DNA of 64,000 bases from Zygnema circumcarinatum SAG 698-1b (taxonomy: Eukaryota; Plantae; Zygnematophyceae), in NCBI GenBank assembly GCA_037447605.1, contig CM074812.1, positions 620,001 through 684,000 on the forward strand, given 5' to 3'. Under the pieces are notes generated by a model, which saw nothing but the letters and a program-made list of their open reading frames with translations, did no database searches and was not told where the DNA came from. Each line of letters begins with the position of its first letter. Positions within the stretch are counted from its first letter, which is position 1. Shown piece by piece: positions 37,601 through 48,380 of this stretch. The translations under genes and the position numbers were made by a program.

Positions 37601-39867
37601 CTAGTCGATCTTATACCAAGAGCCGGAGGGAAGCTTCACTCGATTTGGGTCTCCCTCCCCTCCTCTCTCTCTCCCCTCTCCCTTTCCCTCTCCTCCCTCT
37701 CCCTCTCCCACTCCCTCTCCCACTCCCACACCCTCTCCCTCTCCCACTCCCTCTCCCACTCCCTCTCCCTCTCCCGCACCCCTCCCCTCCCTCCTGCCCC
37801 CTCTCCCCCCCCCCTCCTCCCCAGAGGGAGAGGACCCCCCCCCCTTGACCGCCTCTCGAATGTTTTTGAGAGAGACGGCGGCGGAGCCTCTCGCCCGCGC
37901 GCGCTGCTGCGAGGGGTGGGGGCACCACCCCGCCATGAACACCACCTGCGCAAGCACGAGGAGGAGGGAGAAGAAGAGGAGACAGTAAACATCCAACGGT
38001 GGAAAAAGCTTCGGGTATTTTTTTCTTTCCTTAGGGTTCTTAGAGGTTTTTAGGGTTTTTAGGGTTTTTAGGGTTTTTGGAGGACGGGCAGGCAGACCTG
38101 GAACGTGGCGGGCACGGACCCGTCCGAGCCGCCAAACATTGATTGGTACACGGCGGCGGTTGCAAGGGCTGTGTCGCGACTCAGACTCTGCAGACAGAGG
38201 GAGGGGATGAGAGAGAGCGAGAGGGAGAGAGAGAAAGAGAGAGAGATAGGGGGAGAGGGGGGGAGAGTGAGAGGGAGGGAGAACGAGAGAGAGAGGAGAT
38301 GAGAGAAAGAGAGAGAGAGCAAACATCTCTTCGCCTCTCTAGGAAATGTTTTTGCTGACGTCATGCGATCTCATGCTGACGTCGACCAGAGAAACAGAAA
38401 AGAGCATTTCGCGACGAAAGAGGCGACTCTCTTTTGCTTTTCACCATCGCTCTCGCAGCTGAATCAAATGAATCAAACACTCTCTCTCCATTCCCTGCCA
38501 TGCAAAGCGAACGGATCATGCTAACGAGTGATGTACATGTCACCCCATACACATATGCTATGCATCCTATGCATGCATGCATGCCCCACATCCTATGCAT
38601 GCCATACATGCGGACCTGCATGCGGTTCTTCACAGCGTTGCCCTCTCCCATAGTTCGAAGATGCTCCACCACCTCCAAAGCTGCCCCCCCTCCATACATT
38701 CCCCTCCTCTTTAACCATGTTATCATAAAGCAACAATTCACATTTCACAGCTTAACTATGTACAAATCTGAACACCATTTGCCCTTTTTCTCTCACTCGA
38801 AGGGAAAGAAAAACAGATTCAGACTGTGTTTTGTACATACAGCGAACACAGTGTCCAGGTTTCTTCAGATCAAGTTAGCCGTTGTGAGGGCTAAAAATAA
38901 GTGAAAAAATAAATAAATGTTTAAAAAGTGTACCACTCGGGTATCGGACTGTCAGTTCGTCCATATCAACAGTTGGCAATGCAAACCCCGCACGTGTGAG
39001 CAGGTTTCCAGCATCCCGCACCTGGAAGCAGGGCCCTTGGAAACAAACATAAGAGATTGAAGGCTGAAGATTTTTAGTTTTACATTGGAGCAAGAATGAA
39101 TCCAAGAGTAGCTTCGAATCATGCCTGCAAGGATACCAAAGACATAGAGAGAGAGAGGGAGGGGGGAAGAGAGAGAGAGGGGGGAGGAGGTTCGAGACAG
39201 CGGGAGGGGGAGAGAGAGCGAGAGGGAGGGGGAGAGAGAGAGAGGGAGGGGGAAAGCGAGAGAGGGAGGGGGAGAGAGAGGGAGGGGGGAGAGTGAGAGA
39301 GGAAGAGAGAGAGAGAGAGGCTCACCTGCGCGAGAGGAGACACCCGTGCACTAATCCCGCCCTCCCTCTCCTGCTGAGCAACAGTACAGGCGATGCGGAG
39401 CTCTCTGCTCCCTCAAAAAAAGCAACCGCTGTTTAGAACGGGAAAGTATTACAGGAATAACCAAGAACCCAAAACCAAAAGCCAAATCACCAAAAAATGA
39501 CATAAAAAATGCCCATACTCAGAACTTCAGCTTAACCTGCATTCCACATACTCCTCCACCATCATTCAAACCCCAACAAGAATCAGAAAAATCCCAAAAA
39601 AATCCTCATAATATATATAGATACGGATCCTTGGGCGAGTTCCGACCTGAGAGTCTCCCCCCCAAACATCGCTGCAAGGAACAGTCCGTCCGGACGGAGA
39701 GCCCTCCTGCACTGCCTCCTCTCCCTCTCCCGCTGTGAGAGGGGGACCGACTGACTTTGCACAAAGATGGGATTAGGGTTTGAAACATAGTTCATAGGGG
39801 TTGTGTCAAGTGGGCACGGTCTCGCTCCCTTTCTCTCCATTCCCCTTCTCTCCTCTTCTCTTCCCCT

Positions 39868-39913
<46 letters not shown>

Positions 39914-41562
39914 TCTCCATGTCAGGGATGACATCGCACCTGGGCCATAGCGCCCGGAAGATCGTTCACCCAATGCAGCCCAAGTGAGCTAATTACCACA
40001 TCCAAAGATCTGCAACGGAAAAAAATGGGAAGTTCTTATTCCACTGCATAAGTTATTTTTTCACTTGCACTTCCATTCCATTGGAAAGGTAGAACATGAA
40101 AGATGGCAATTAGCTTCAAGAATGGGATTTTGTCAGGACATGGTCAAAACCCTTCTCTTTTCCCCTTCCCCCGTTTATTCTGTCGTCTGAACTCTCTGTG
40201 TCTCCTCTCTCCCCACTCTCTCCTCTCTTCTCTCTCTCCTCTCTCCTCTTACACCCCTCGGCTTCTCTCTTCTCTCATCTCACAAAACTCAGAGCTTGAA
40301 TAGACTAAACTAGATTAAGGTAAATTACATTAGTTAAAGCTGATTTCGACATACCCTTCAGCAAAAGGAAGAAACTCCTCATCCCCCACCAACGGAGTGC
40401 ATTCAATTTTGGAACTTTCTTGCGAGATTTTCTGCTGCATGCGGGCCGCCATCGCAGGAGAAGTATCCATAACAAAAAGCTTCTTTATCCCCCCTGCAAC
40501 ACCCCCAAAAAATATAAGAAATTCCTCCCCCTATGCATACCATTACGTTCCAGGTTTTCAATCCTAAACATGGAATCGACAAAGAAACCCTAACGAACCC
40601 ACCTAAAAAACCTAAAAGAACACCTTCTATTCATACTTTTGAGCAATATTGCTATATGTTGTTAGTTTGACCCTAGCCCTCCCCTCCTCCCCCTCTTCTC
40701 CCCCCTCTCCCATCCTCCCCCCCTCCCACCCCCACCACTCTCCCGCATATTCCCCCTCCCCCCTCTCCCCCCTCTCCCCCTCTCTCCCACTCCCCCTCCC
40801 CCCTTCCTATCTCAACCAACTCCCCTTCCCTCCCCCACCCCTCCCCCTCCCCCTCTCTTCTCTCTCCCTCTCCTCTTTACTACAATAATTTCGATGTATC
40901 CCGAATCCTTGTGCCTGTAAGATGACAGTCCTGAAACTTTCAAACAAAAATTGAAACCCTAAAACATGTGTCCCTGCGTGCCCCCACCTCGGCCCATGAG
41001 CTGCCTCCACACGTGCTCTCCCGCCCCTCCCAGAGAGAGAGCGACCGGAAAGGTCTGCCGGCAGTCCTGCTCACAGGGAGACAGACGACAAAAGAGCCGA
41101 CGTCCGACTGAAAATTGAAGGAAATAAAAAAATAACAATTCAAAAAGGTAGAATATGAAAAGCTTCAAAAGGTAAGAAAAGTAACTCCAAAATCTTTCTG
41201 TTGAGGCAAAGCTCAAAACTACTTTTTCAAAAGATAAAAACCCTAAAAAAAGTGGGGGGGAAGGAAGAATTTGCAGCTGACCGACCTCCAGGCGGTCGAG
41301 CAGGCGCTCCGTCACCTCCGAAATGAGGGGGTCCGGCCTCTTCATTAGGAGGGCTGCTCTGTCTCGCTGCGCGCCACGTGTCGAGTCAAGTCAAGTCAAG
41401 TCCAGTCAAGTCAAGTCAGGTCAAGTCAAGTCAGTCCGATCAAGTCAAAAAAGTTAAGTCAGGTCAAGTCAAGTAAAGGCAAGAGGAGAAAGAAAGAGAG
41501 AAATTTGGGAGAGGGGAAGAGAGGGGGAGAGATGGGGGGGGGGGGGGGGGGGNNNNNNNNNN

Positions 41563-41613
<51 letters not shown>

Positions 41614-43614
41614 TCTCCATGTCAGGGATGACATCGCACCTGGGCCATAGCGCCCGGAAGATCGTTCACCCAATGCAGCCCAAGTGAGCTAATTACCACA
41701 TCCAAAGATCTGCAACGGAAAAAAATGGGAAGTTCTTATTCCACTGCATAAGTTATTTTTTCACTTGCACTTCCATTCCATTGGAAAGGTAGAACATGAA
41801 AGATGGCAATTAGCTTCAAGAATGGGATTTTGTCAGGACATGGTCAAAACCCTTCTCTTTTCCCCTTCCCCCGTTTATTCTGTCGTCTGAACTCTCTGTG
41901 TCTCCTCTCTCCCCACTCTCTCCTCTCTTCTCTCTCTCCTCTCTCCTCTTACACCCCTCGGCTTCTCTCTTCTCTCATCTCACAAAACTCAGAGCTTGAA
42001 TAGACTAAACTAGATTAAGGTAAATTACATTAGTTAAAGCTGATTTCGACATACCCTTCAGCAAAAGGAAGAAACTCCTCATCCCCCACCAACGGAGTGC
42101 ATTCAATTTTGGAACTTTCTTGCGAGATTTTCTGCTGCATGCGGGCCGCCATCGCAGGAGAAGTATCCATAACAAAAAGCTTCTTTATCCCCCCTGCAAC
42201 ACCCCCAAAAAATATAAGAAATTCCTCCCCCTATGCATACCATTACGTTCCAGGTTTTCAATCCTAAACATGGAATCGACAAAGAAACCCTAACGAACCC
42301 ACCTAAAAAACCTAAAAGAACACCTTCTATTCATACTTTTGAGCAATATTGCTATATGTTGTTAGTTTGACCCTAGCCCTCCCCTCCTCCCCCTCTTCTC
42401 CCCCCTCTCCCATCCTCCCCCCCTCCCACCCCCACCACTCTCCCGCATATTCCCCCTCCCCCCTCTCCCCCCTCTCCCCCTCTCTCCCACTCCCCCTCCC
42501 CCCTTCCTATCTCAACCAACTCCCCTTCCCTCCCCCACCCCTCCCCCTCCCCCTCTCTTCTCTCTCCCTCTCCTCTTTACTACAATAATTTCGATGTATC
42601 CCGAATCCTTGTGCCTGTAAGATGACAGTCCTGAAACTTTCAAACAAAAATTGAAACCCTAAAACATGTGTCCCTGCGTGCCCCCACCTCGGCCCATGAG
42701 CTGCCTCCACACGTGCTCTCCCGCCCCTCCCAGAGAGAGAGCGACCGGAAAGGTCTGCCGGCAGTCCTGCTCACAGGGAGACAGACGACAAAAGAGCCGA
42801 CGTCCGACTGAAAATTGAAGGAAATAAAAAAATAACAATTCAAAAAGGTAGAATATGAAAAGCTTCAAAAGGTAAGAAAAGTAACTCCAAAATCTTTCTG
42901 TTGAGGCAAAGCTCAAAACTACTTTTTCAAAAGATAAAAACCCTAAAAAAAGTGGGGGGGAAGGAAGAATTTGCAGCTGACCGACCTCCAGGCGGTCGAG
43001 CAGGCGCTCCGTCACCTCCGAAATGAGGGGGTCCGGCCTCTTCATTAGGAGGGCTGCTCTGTCTCGCTGCGCGCCACGTGTCGAGTCAAGTCAAGTCAAG
43101 TCCAGTCAAGTCAAGTCAGGTCAAGTCAAGTCAGTCCGATCAAGTCAAAAAAGTTAAGTCAGGTCAAGTCAAGTAAAGGCAAGAGGAGAAAGAAAGAGAG
43201 AAATTTGGGAGAGGGGAAGAGAGGGGGAGAGATGGGGGGGGGGGGGGGGGGGNNNNNNNNNNGGGGGGAAGAGGACAGCTGTACCCCAGCAGATGTTGAT
43301 TTGAAGCTTTGCCCTGTAAGTGTAGTACAATGACATTCATAGCAAAGTAAAAATATTTTGAAAGGAAGATTCAATGTAAGGTCCCTTTGCCCTAAAACGT
43401 TTTCAAGGAAAGAGATAATTAAAAATAAAAATAAAAAAGAAAAAATTGACAACTGCAAGGAAAGCACCTGCTGCCGTTTCACCGATCGGTCAAAAATGTC
43501 CACATTCCTGTCTCCCTGCTCCGCTCCTCCTGCCAGCTGGCGGCCCCCATGCCCGCCACGTGGCCTGCTGGCCGCCCCCGCACGTGCGGCGAGAGACAGG
43601 CCCACGCGCCTCAT
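37601..43614 (-). CDS. NDUFAF5: NDUFAF5-like mitochondrial SAM-dependent methyltransferase/hydroxylase (complex I assembly factor), ~11 exons
   Basis: Arg-rich presequence, then [132 protein letters not shown]...RGSA. Confidence 0.92.
39883..43252. repeat. Exact 1700-bp tandem duplication of four NDUFAF5 exons; probably an assembly artefact
   Basis: Identical ORFs at offset 1700 (for example 40103/41803, 40959/42659); both copies end in poly-G followed by a 10-N gap. Confidence 0.9.
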
Positions 43615-43670
43615 CGCCCCGGCCCTACCTCGCTCCCTCCGCTCCTCCGCGGGCTATACTTCGGCCATCC

Positions 43671-43961
43671 GCCAATAGTACTCGCCACGTAGGCATACTG
43701 GACACGTGACGTCTTCTCATTCGACATTCGTCTCCCATTTGTGTTTTCTCCCTTACGCCAGTAAAAGTTCGCCACGTAGGCATAATGTACACGTGGTGCC
43801 AATAGGAACTCGTCACGTCGGCAATACTGAAACGTGGCGTATTCTCATTCGAAGATCGTCTCCCCTCCGGTTCTCTCCCTTACGCGGGCTGTAAGTTTAG
43901 ACTTACGCCCAATAAGAACTCACCACGTAGGCCTACTGCACACGTGGCGCGTTTCCATTGG
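43671..43961. promoter_or_regulatory. Array of four CCAAT/ACGT-ACGT modules (ERSE/G-box-like) directly upstream of NDUFAF5
   Basis: Unit ~CCAATAGGAACTCGCCACGTAGGCATACTGNACACGTGG at about 43672, 43758, 43799 and 43909, within a ~128-bp higher-order repeat. Confidence 0.7.
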
Positions 43962-44399
43962 ATATTGACGTCAAAATTTCCTGCAGGGGAGGGCTTGGAG
44001 GCTGCCGTATGGGGCGAGGGCCCCGCAAACACCTCTTGTAAATATTTTTAATGTTTAAAATTTTTGGCAACGTCTAAATTTTTGTTTTAAATGCTTTAAA
44101 TTTGGGTTCCGTTTGTCAATATGTTGAATGCATAAAATGTACATTATTTCAATGTGAACGTTTTTTGGGGTATCGTTTGCAAAATTAGTTTTTGGATGCG
44201 TAAAATTTGGCGAGGCAGGCCGTAGGCGCACAGCGTTCACCTTGTGTACGGACGGTCCCACTTCGGTTCCGTGTCACAGTTTCAGTCCACCTTCGCGTTG
44301 AACAGACCACAAGAAATTCCGAAAATCAGGCGCATCACGCGTCACGCCACCAACCGGCCGCGTACGTCTAAACCACAACGTTAGCGCGCCGGAAAATGA

Positions 44400-44503
44400 G
44401 GGTCTAGGGTTTAGGGTTTAGGGGTTAGGGGGTAGGGGTTAGGGTGTAGGGGGTACGGGGTAGGGAGGTGGGGGGGTAGGGGGGTAGGAGGGTAGGGTAG
44501 GGG
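44400..44503 (+). repeat. Degenerate telomere-like G-rich tract (TTTAGGG grading to GGGGTAGGG)
   Basis: Read directly; many G3+ runs give G-quadruplex potential. Confidence 0.7.
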
Positions 44504-44933
44504 AACTTTGTATCCATCTCTTGTCAACCACAGTTGAACTGCTGCTCAGCCAATGACTGTGCTCTTGAAGGAAAATGTTATGCAGGCAAAGCAGTTTGTT
44601 GGTCTTCAAGCTACAGGGATGCTTTTATATTCACAGACTATTTAATAACACTGATGCTGTTTAATTTAGTGGAAAAATGATGCTGGTGTTTGGTTTTCTA
44701 ATATGTTATTGGAACACATAACTAAGCACAAATTACTACTGACTACCGAAAAGTTTGAAATTTTGCAAGAGTTTCCCAATTTCATTGATTCATTATGCTA
44801 AAAATCCGACAGTCGCCCCAATTGTGCCCTCAAACACAGTTACGTTAACATAGATCCGCAATAAAAAGCCAACCAATTAAAACCACCCCAAGTTTAAAGC
44901 AATGTAGAATGCCTCCTCTACACCCTCTCTCTC

Positions 44934-44983
<50 letters not shown>

Positions 44984-45384
44984 AGCCCTCAACCCTGAAC
45001 TCCAAAGGATTCCCTCTCTCTCCATGCTCGCCTTCTCCAGACTAACGATTAGTGGGTGCGTCTACCGTGCTAGGGACCCTAAGAATGTGCTCCTAGACAT
45101 TGTACTTTGGCGCGTGACCCTTACCTGAGCCGTTACACCCCATTATTCGTCCGTCTCTTACGGTGGAGTTAAATCCAAAGAAAAAAAAAATAATAATAAT
45201 CGTTAATCGTTAAATTAATTGTTTAGTTCCAGAGTCTGCCACTGAACCCTGAACCCTAAAACCTGACCCCTGAAACCTGAACCCTAGACTCTGAACCCTG
45301 AGAGTAGCAGATTGTACGATCGGTTTTCACCGGCGGTCGCAACGAGGGGGCCGCGCCCTGAAATCTGCCCCCACTGCGGGGCAC

Positions 45385-45480
45385 TACTACCACTTCTACT
45401 TCTACTTCTACTTCTACTTCTACTTCTACTGCTATTTCTACTTCTACTTCTACTGCTATTTCTACTTCTACTTCTACTTC
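45385..45480 (+). repeat. (CTACTT)n hexamer microsatellite in the cupredoxin 3' region
   Basis: Read directly. Confidence 0.9.
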
Positions 45481-45499
45481 GCCTTCTTCTGGCAGGCCT

Positions 45500-46529
45500 T
45501 CAAGCAGGCGGGGATGGTCGCGTCCCCCTTGGCGCGCTGCGCGTTGCAGCACGCAGTGCAAGTGGCGAAGTTGCGGACCTTCGGGTACGGGCACAGCCCG
45601 TTGCAGCCGTTGCCGCCCCAACATCGCTTGCCGCAGTTGGTGGGGCACACTGCAGGGTGGGGAGCGATTGGGAGTCAGGGGGAGGGGGGNNNNNNNNNNA
45701 AGGGGACAGGACGAATGGAAAGAGTGGCGGGCGAGCAAGGAGAGGAGGAAGGGCGATGAGAGGATGGGGAGGAAGAGGATTGAGAGGAGGGGCCAGGGTT
45801 TTCGAGGTGAGAGAGGAAGGAGAGGAGGCAGAGAAGGAAAATGTGAAAAATTACAAAAAAGCACTTCTTCCATCATCACTAACACTCTCCCCGCCCTCAC
45901 ATTTCCAGCATCCAGCCGCTAGAATCAGCCTATTAAGCTCTCCCACTTGACATTTCCGCATCCCCCATCCCCAAAAGGCTCTCAGGCGGGTGGGCACGCA
46001 CCTTGGTTGAGCACAGTGATGCGACCGCGCATCTGCGCCGCATGTATGCAGCAATAGTACTTGTAATCGCCGGGCTTTGTGAAGGTGTAGCTCCACGTCT
46101 TGCCCTTTCCGATCAATGAGGGTCCCGTGAAGCGCACGGGCCCCGCCCAGAACTGCAGACAGTGGTACTGGTCGTCTGCCCACACCCACGTGCACTTCGT
46201 GCCCTTGTACACCACCACATAGCGCTGCACAACGCCGAGCTTCCAGTTCTTGAACATACACTTCGCCGTCGGGGCAGGCGTAGGGGGGGCCGGCGCTGCC
46301 ATTGCTGCAATGGGATGGTTTGAAGTTAGTGCGGAGGGAGGGAGGGATGGAGAGATGGAGAGATGGAGGGAGGGAGGGAGGGAGAAAGGGAGGGAGGGAG
46401 TGAGGGAGACCCACTCGATTGGAAGGTTTGAAGTGCTAGTATGGCGAAGAGGGAGGTGGTGACCTGCAGCCACAGATTAGAGAGAGGACGAGCTTTAGCG
46501 CTAGAGTAATTACGGAAGGAGAGCGGCAT
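45500..46529 (-). CDS. Secreted type-1 copper (amicyanin/plastocyanin-like) cupredoxin with C-terminal 8-Cys domain; exons ~46529-46415, 46304-46002, 45649-45500
   Basis: Hydrophobic leader VTTSLFAILAL; GTKCTWVWADDQYH; WSYTFTKPGDYKYYCCIHAAQMRGRITV (His...Cys-x2-His-x3-Met). A phase-1 intron joins VCPTNCGKRCWGGNGCNGLCP...CTACC. An alternative in-frame ATG lies at 46595, and an N gap lies in intron 2. Confidence 0.75.
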
Positions 46530-48380
46530 TTCAAAGTTCGGGAAGTGGGAGGAGGGGGGGGAAGGGGAGGGGGAGATAACTTGCCATAAAAGCATGAGAG
46601 GGTGCCATTGCGATGCTTCTCCCGTCCGGTCTCTCCGCCCCTCCTCCCACTCCCTCCCCCTCCCCCCTCTCTCTCTCTCACTCCCTGCCTCTCCCCCCTC
46701 TCTCTCACTTCCTCCCTCTCCCCCCTCTCTCTCACTCCCTCCCGCTGCCCCCCCTCTCCCTCACTCCCTACCTCTGCTTCCCCTCTCTCTCACTCCCTTC
46801 CTCTCCCCCTTCTCTCTCTCACTTCCTCTCCCCCCTCTCTCTCACTCCCTCCCGTTCCCCCCTCTCCCCACTCTCCCCCCTCTCGCTCTCACACTCGTAG
46901 TCCCCACCGCCCCACAGGCCAATCTCGCATTCGGGACAATGTGCGAACCGCCTAAATCGGACCGTTGACCTCGACTGGTGGACATCCATCGACGGTGCAT
47001 GCACCCCTTCGGTGCATGCGGCTAACAGTAGCAAAATGTGCACACGTGGCATGGTCTGATTGGGCTCGCCGCCTCCGCCAATGAAATACCAAGGCCCATG
47101 TCGGTGGGCTGCCAGTACATTGTATCTGGACGTTTTCGCAACTGCAAAATGTCCTGACTGGCTTGTCTGCTGCGGACTGTAACCACGTGTCGAATTTCAC
47201 ATTGGCTTACTTTTAGATCCAGATTGACCGATAAGAGTGTGGTACGAATGTCTTGGATTTTTGCAAAACGACGAAATTTGACGGCTGAGGAATCCTAGGA
47301 TCCTCCGTGCAATTCCGACATTCGATTGTCAATCTGACAAACTTGGATGACGACAATTCGGATACCAATATTGCACGATATATCGCAATATGAGAAATGT
47401 GGTCGGGTACCACGCGAGGCTTTTTCGATGCTTATAGCTAATCGCTTTCCGCCACGTTGTCATAGAGTCCACTAGACAAGCTCGGATTGGCTGTACTTTA
47501 AGCCCATTTCGACATTTCGACATTTTGTATGTTTTCGAGGCCTTCTCTTTGTCCTTATGTATTTTGTGACCGCTTCCTCTGGTTCCCTATGTCGCTTTTA
47601 TCCATGTACATTTGATGGCCTTGCCATCGTGAGTTCAAACAAACATCTTTTTCCTTTTGTATGTTCTTTGAAGCTTCATGGCAGCAGATTGTACGGCCTA
47701 CGCCCTACGTTTCTCGATATTTCGATATATCCTCATTGATGGGCTTACGATATGATACGATGTATCGCGACCGGTGCTCGATATGCATGGACTCGCCACG
47801 TGTTGCCTCGCTGCAGTTTTCAACCGTTCGATTCCCACTCGCGAGATCTCCACGTGGCCACTCGCACTTGTGAGAACCTGTTCTCTGTTTTGCAGTTGGC
47901 CCGTCACATGCTCAATTTTTTCAATTCTCTCAATTGGGCGGCTCCTTTACAGTGAACTGTGGCAAATACATTAATGGGTGGTATTCTAGTTGCTGATTTG
48001 GCGCAAACTGTGAACGTAACTGTAACTGTAACTGTTATGGGCCGTCACATGCGTAGGCACGCGCTCGAGCTCGTGCGAGCGATCACTAACAAATTATTAT
48101 ATGGCAAATTGGCGGCTACTCGTGGTTCCCCAAGTTGGTGTTGTCCACGTACATGTGATGGCACCGCCATCGCGAGATCAATGCATATTCCGTTGCTCCC
48201 TCTGTTCCTTGTAAGGGACCCATCCTGCATTACCCAAACCCTAATTCCTAAGTTCCTCGGAACCCTAATTTCCTTTGAAAAAAATAAGTTTGCGGAATTC
48301 TACTTGCTATTGTACCGTTACAGCTGCTCTATCCCCCATGGGAGGGACCCTGCACCTGCTTTCATGGAGAGTCTCCCTCT

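Noticed and set aside
39883-43252. Real internal exon duplication in NDUFAF5
   Set aside because: The copies appear identical including introns, and each ends at poly-G plus an N gap, which is typical of a scaffold overlap.
37601-43614. Methyltransferase as MenG, completing a phylloquinone cluster
   Set aside because: The motifs ([34 protein letters not shown]) are NDUFAF5-type, not MenG/UbiE.
43671-43961. CRISPR-like repeat-spacer array
   Set aside because: Eukaryotic context, degenerate repeats, spacers that are themselves repeated, and no cas genes.
44254-44420. snRNA or telomerase RNA gene suggested by USE-like GTCCCACTTCGG next to telomeric repeats
   Set aside because: No TATA box at the expected spacing, no recognisable snRNA body, and no full template motif on that strand.
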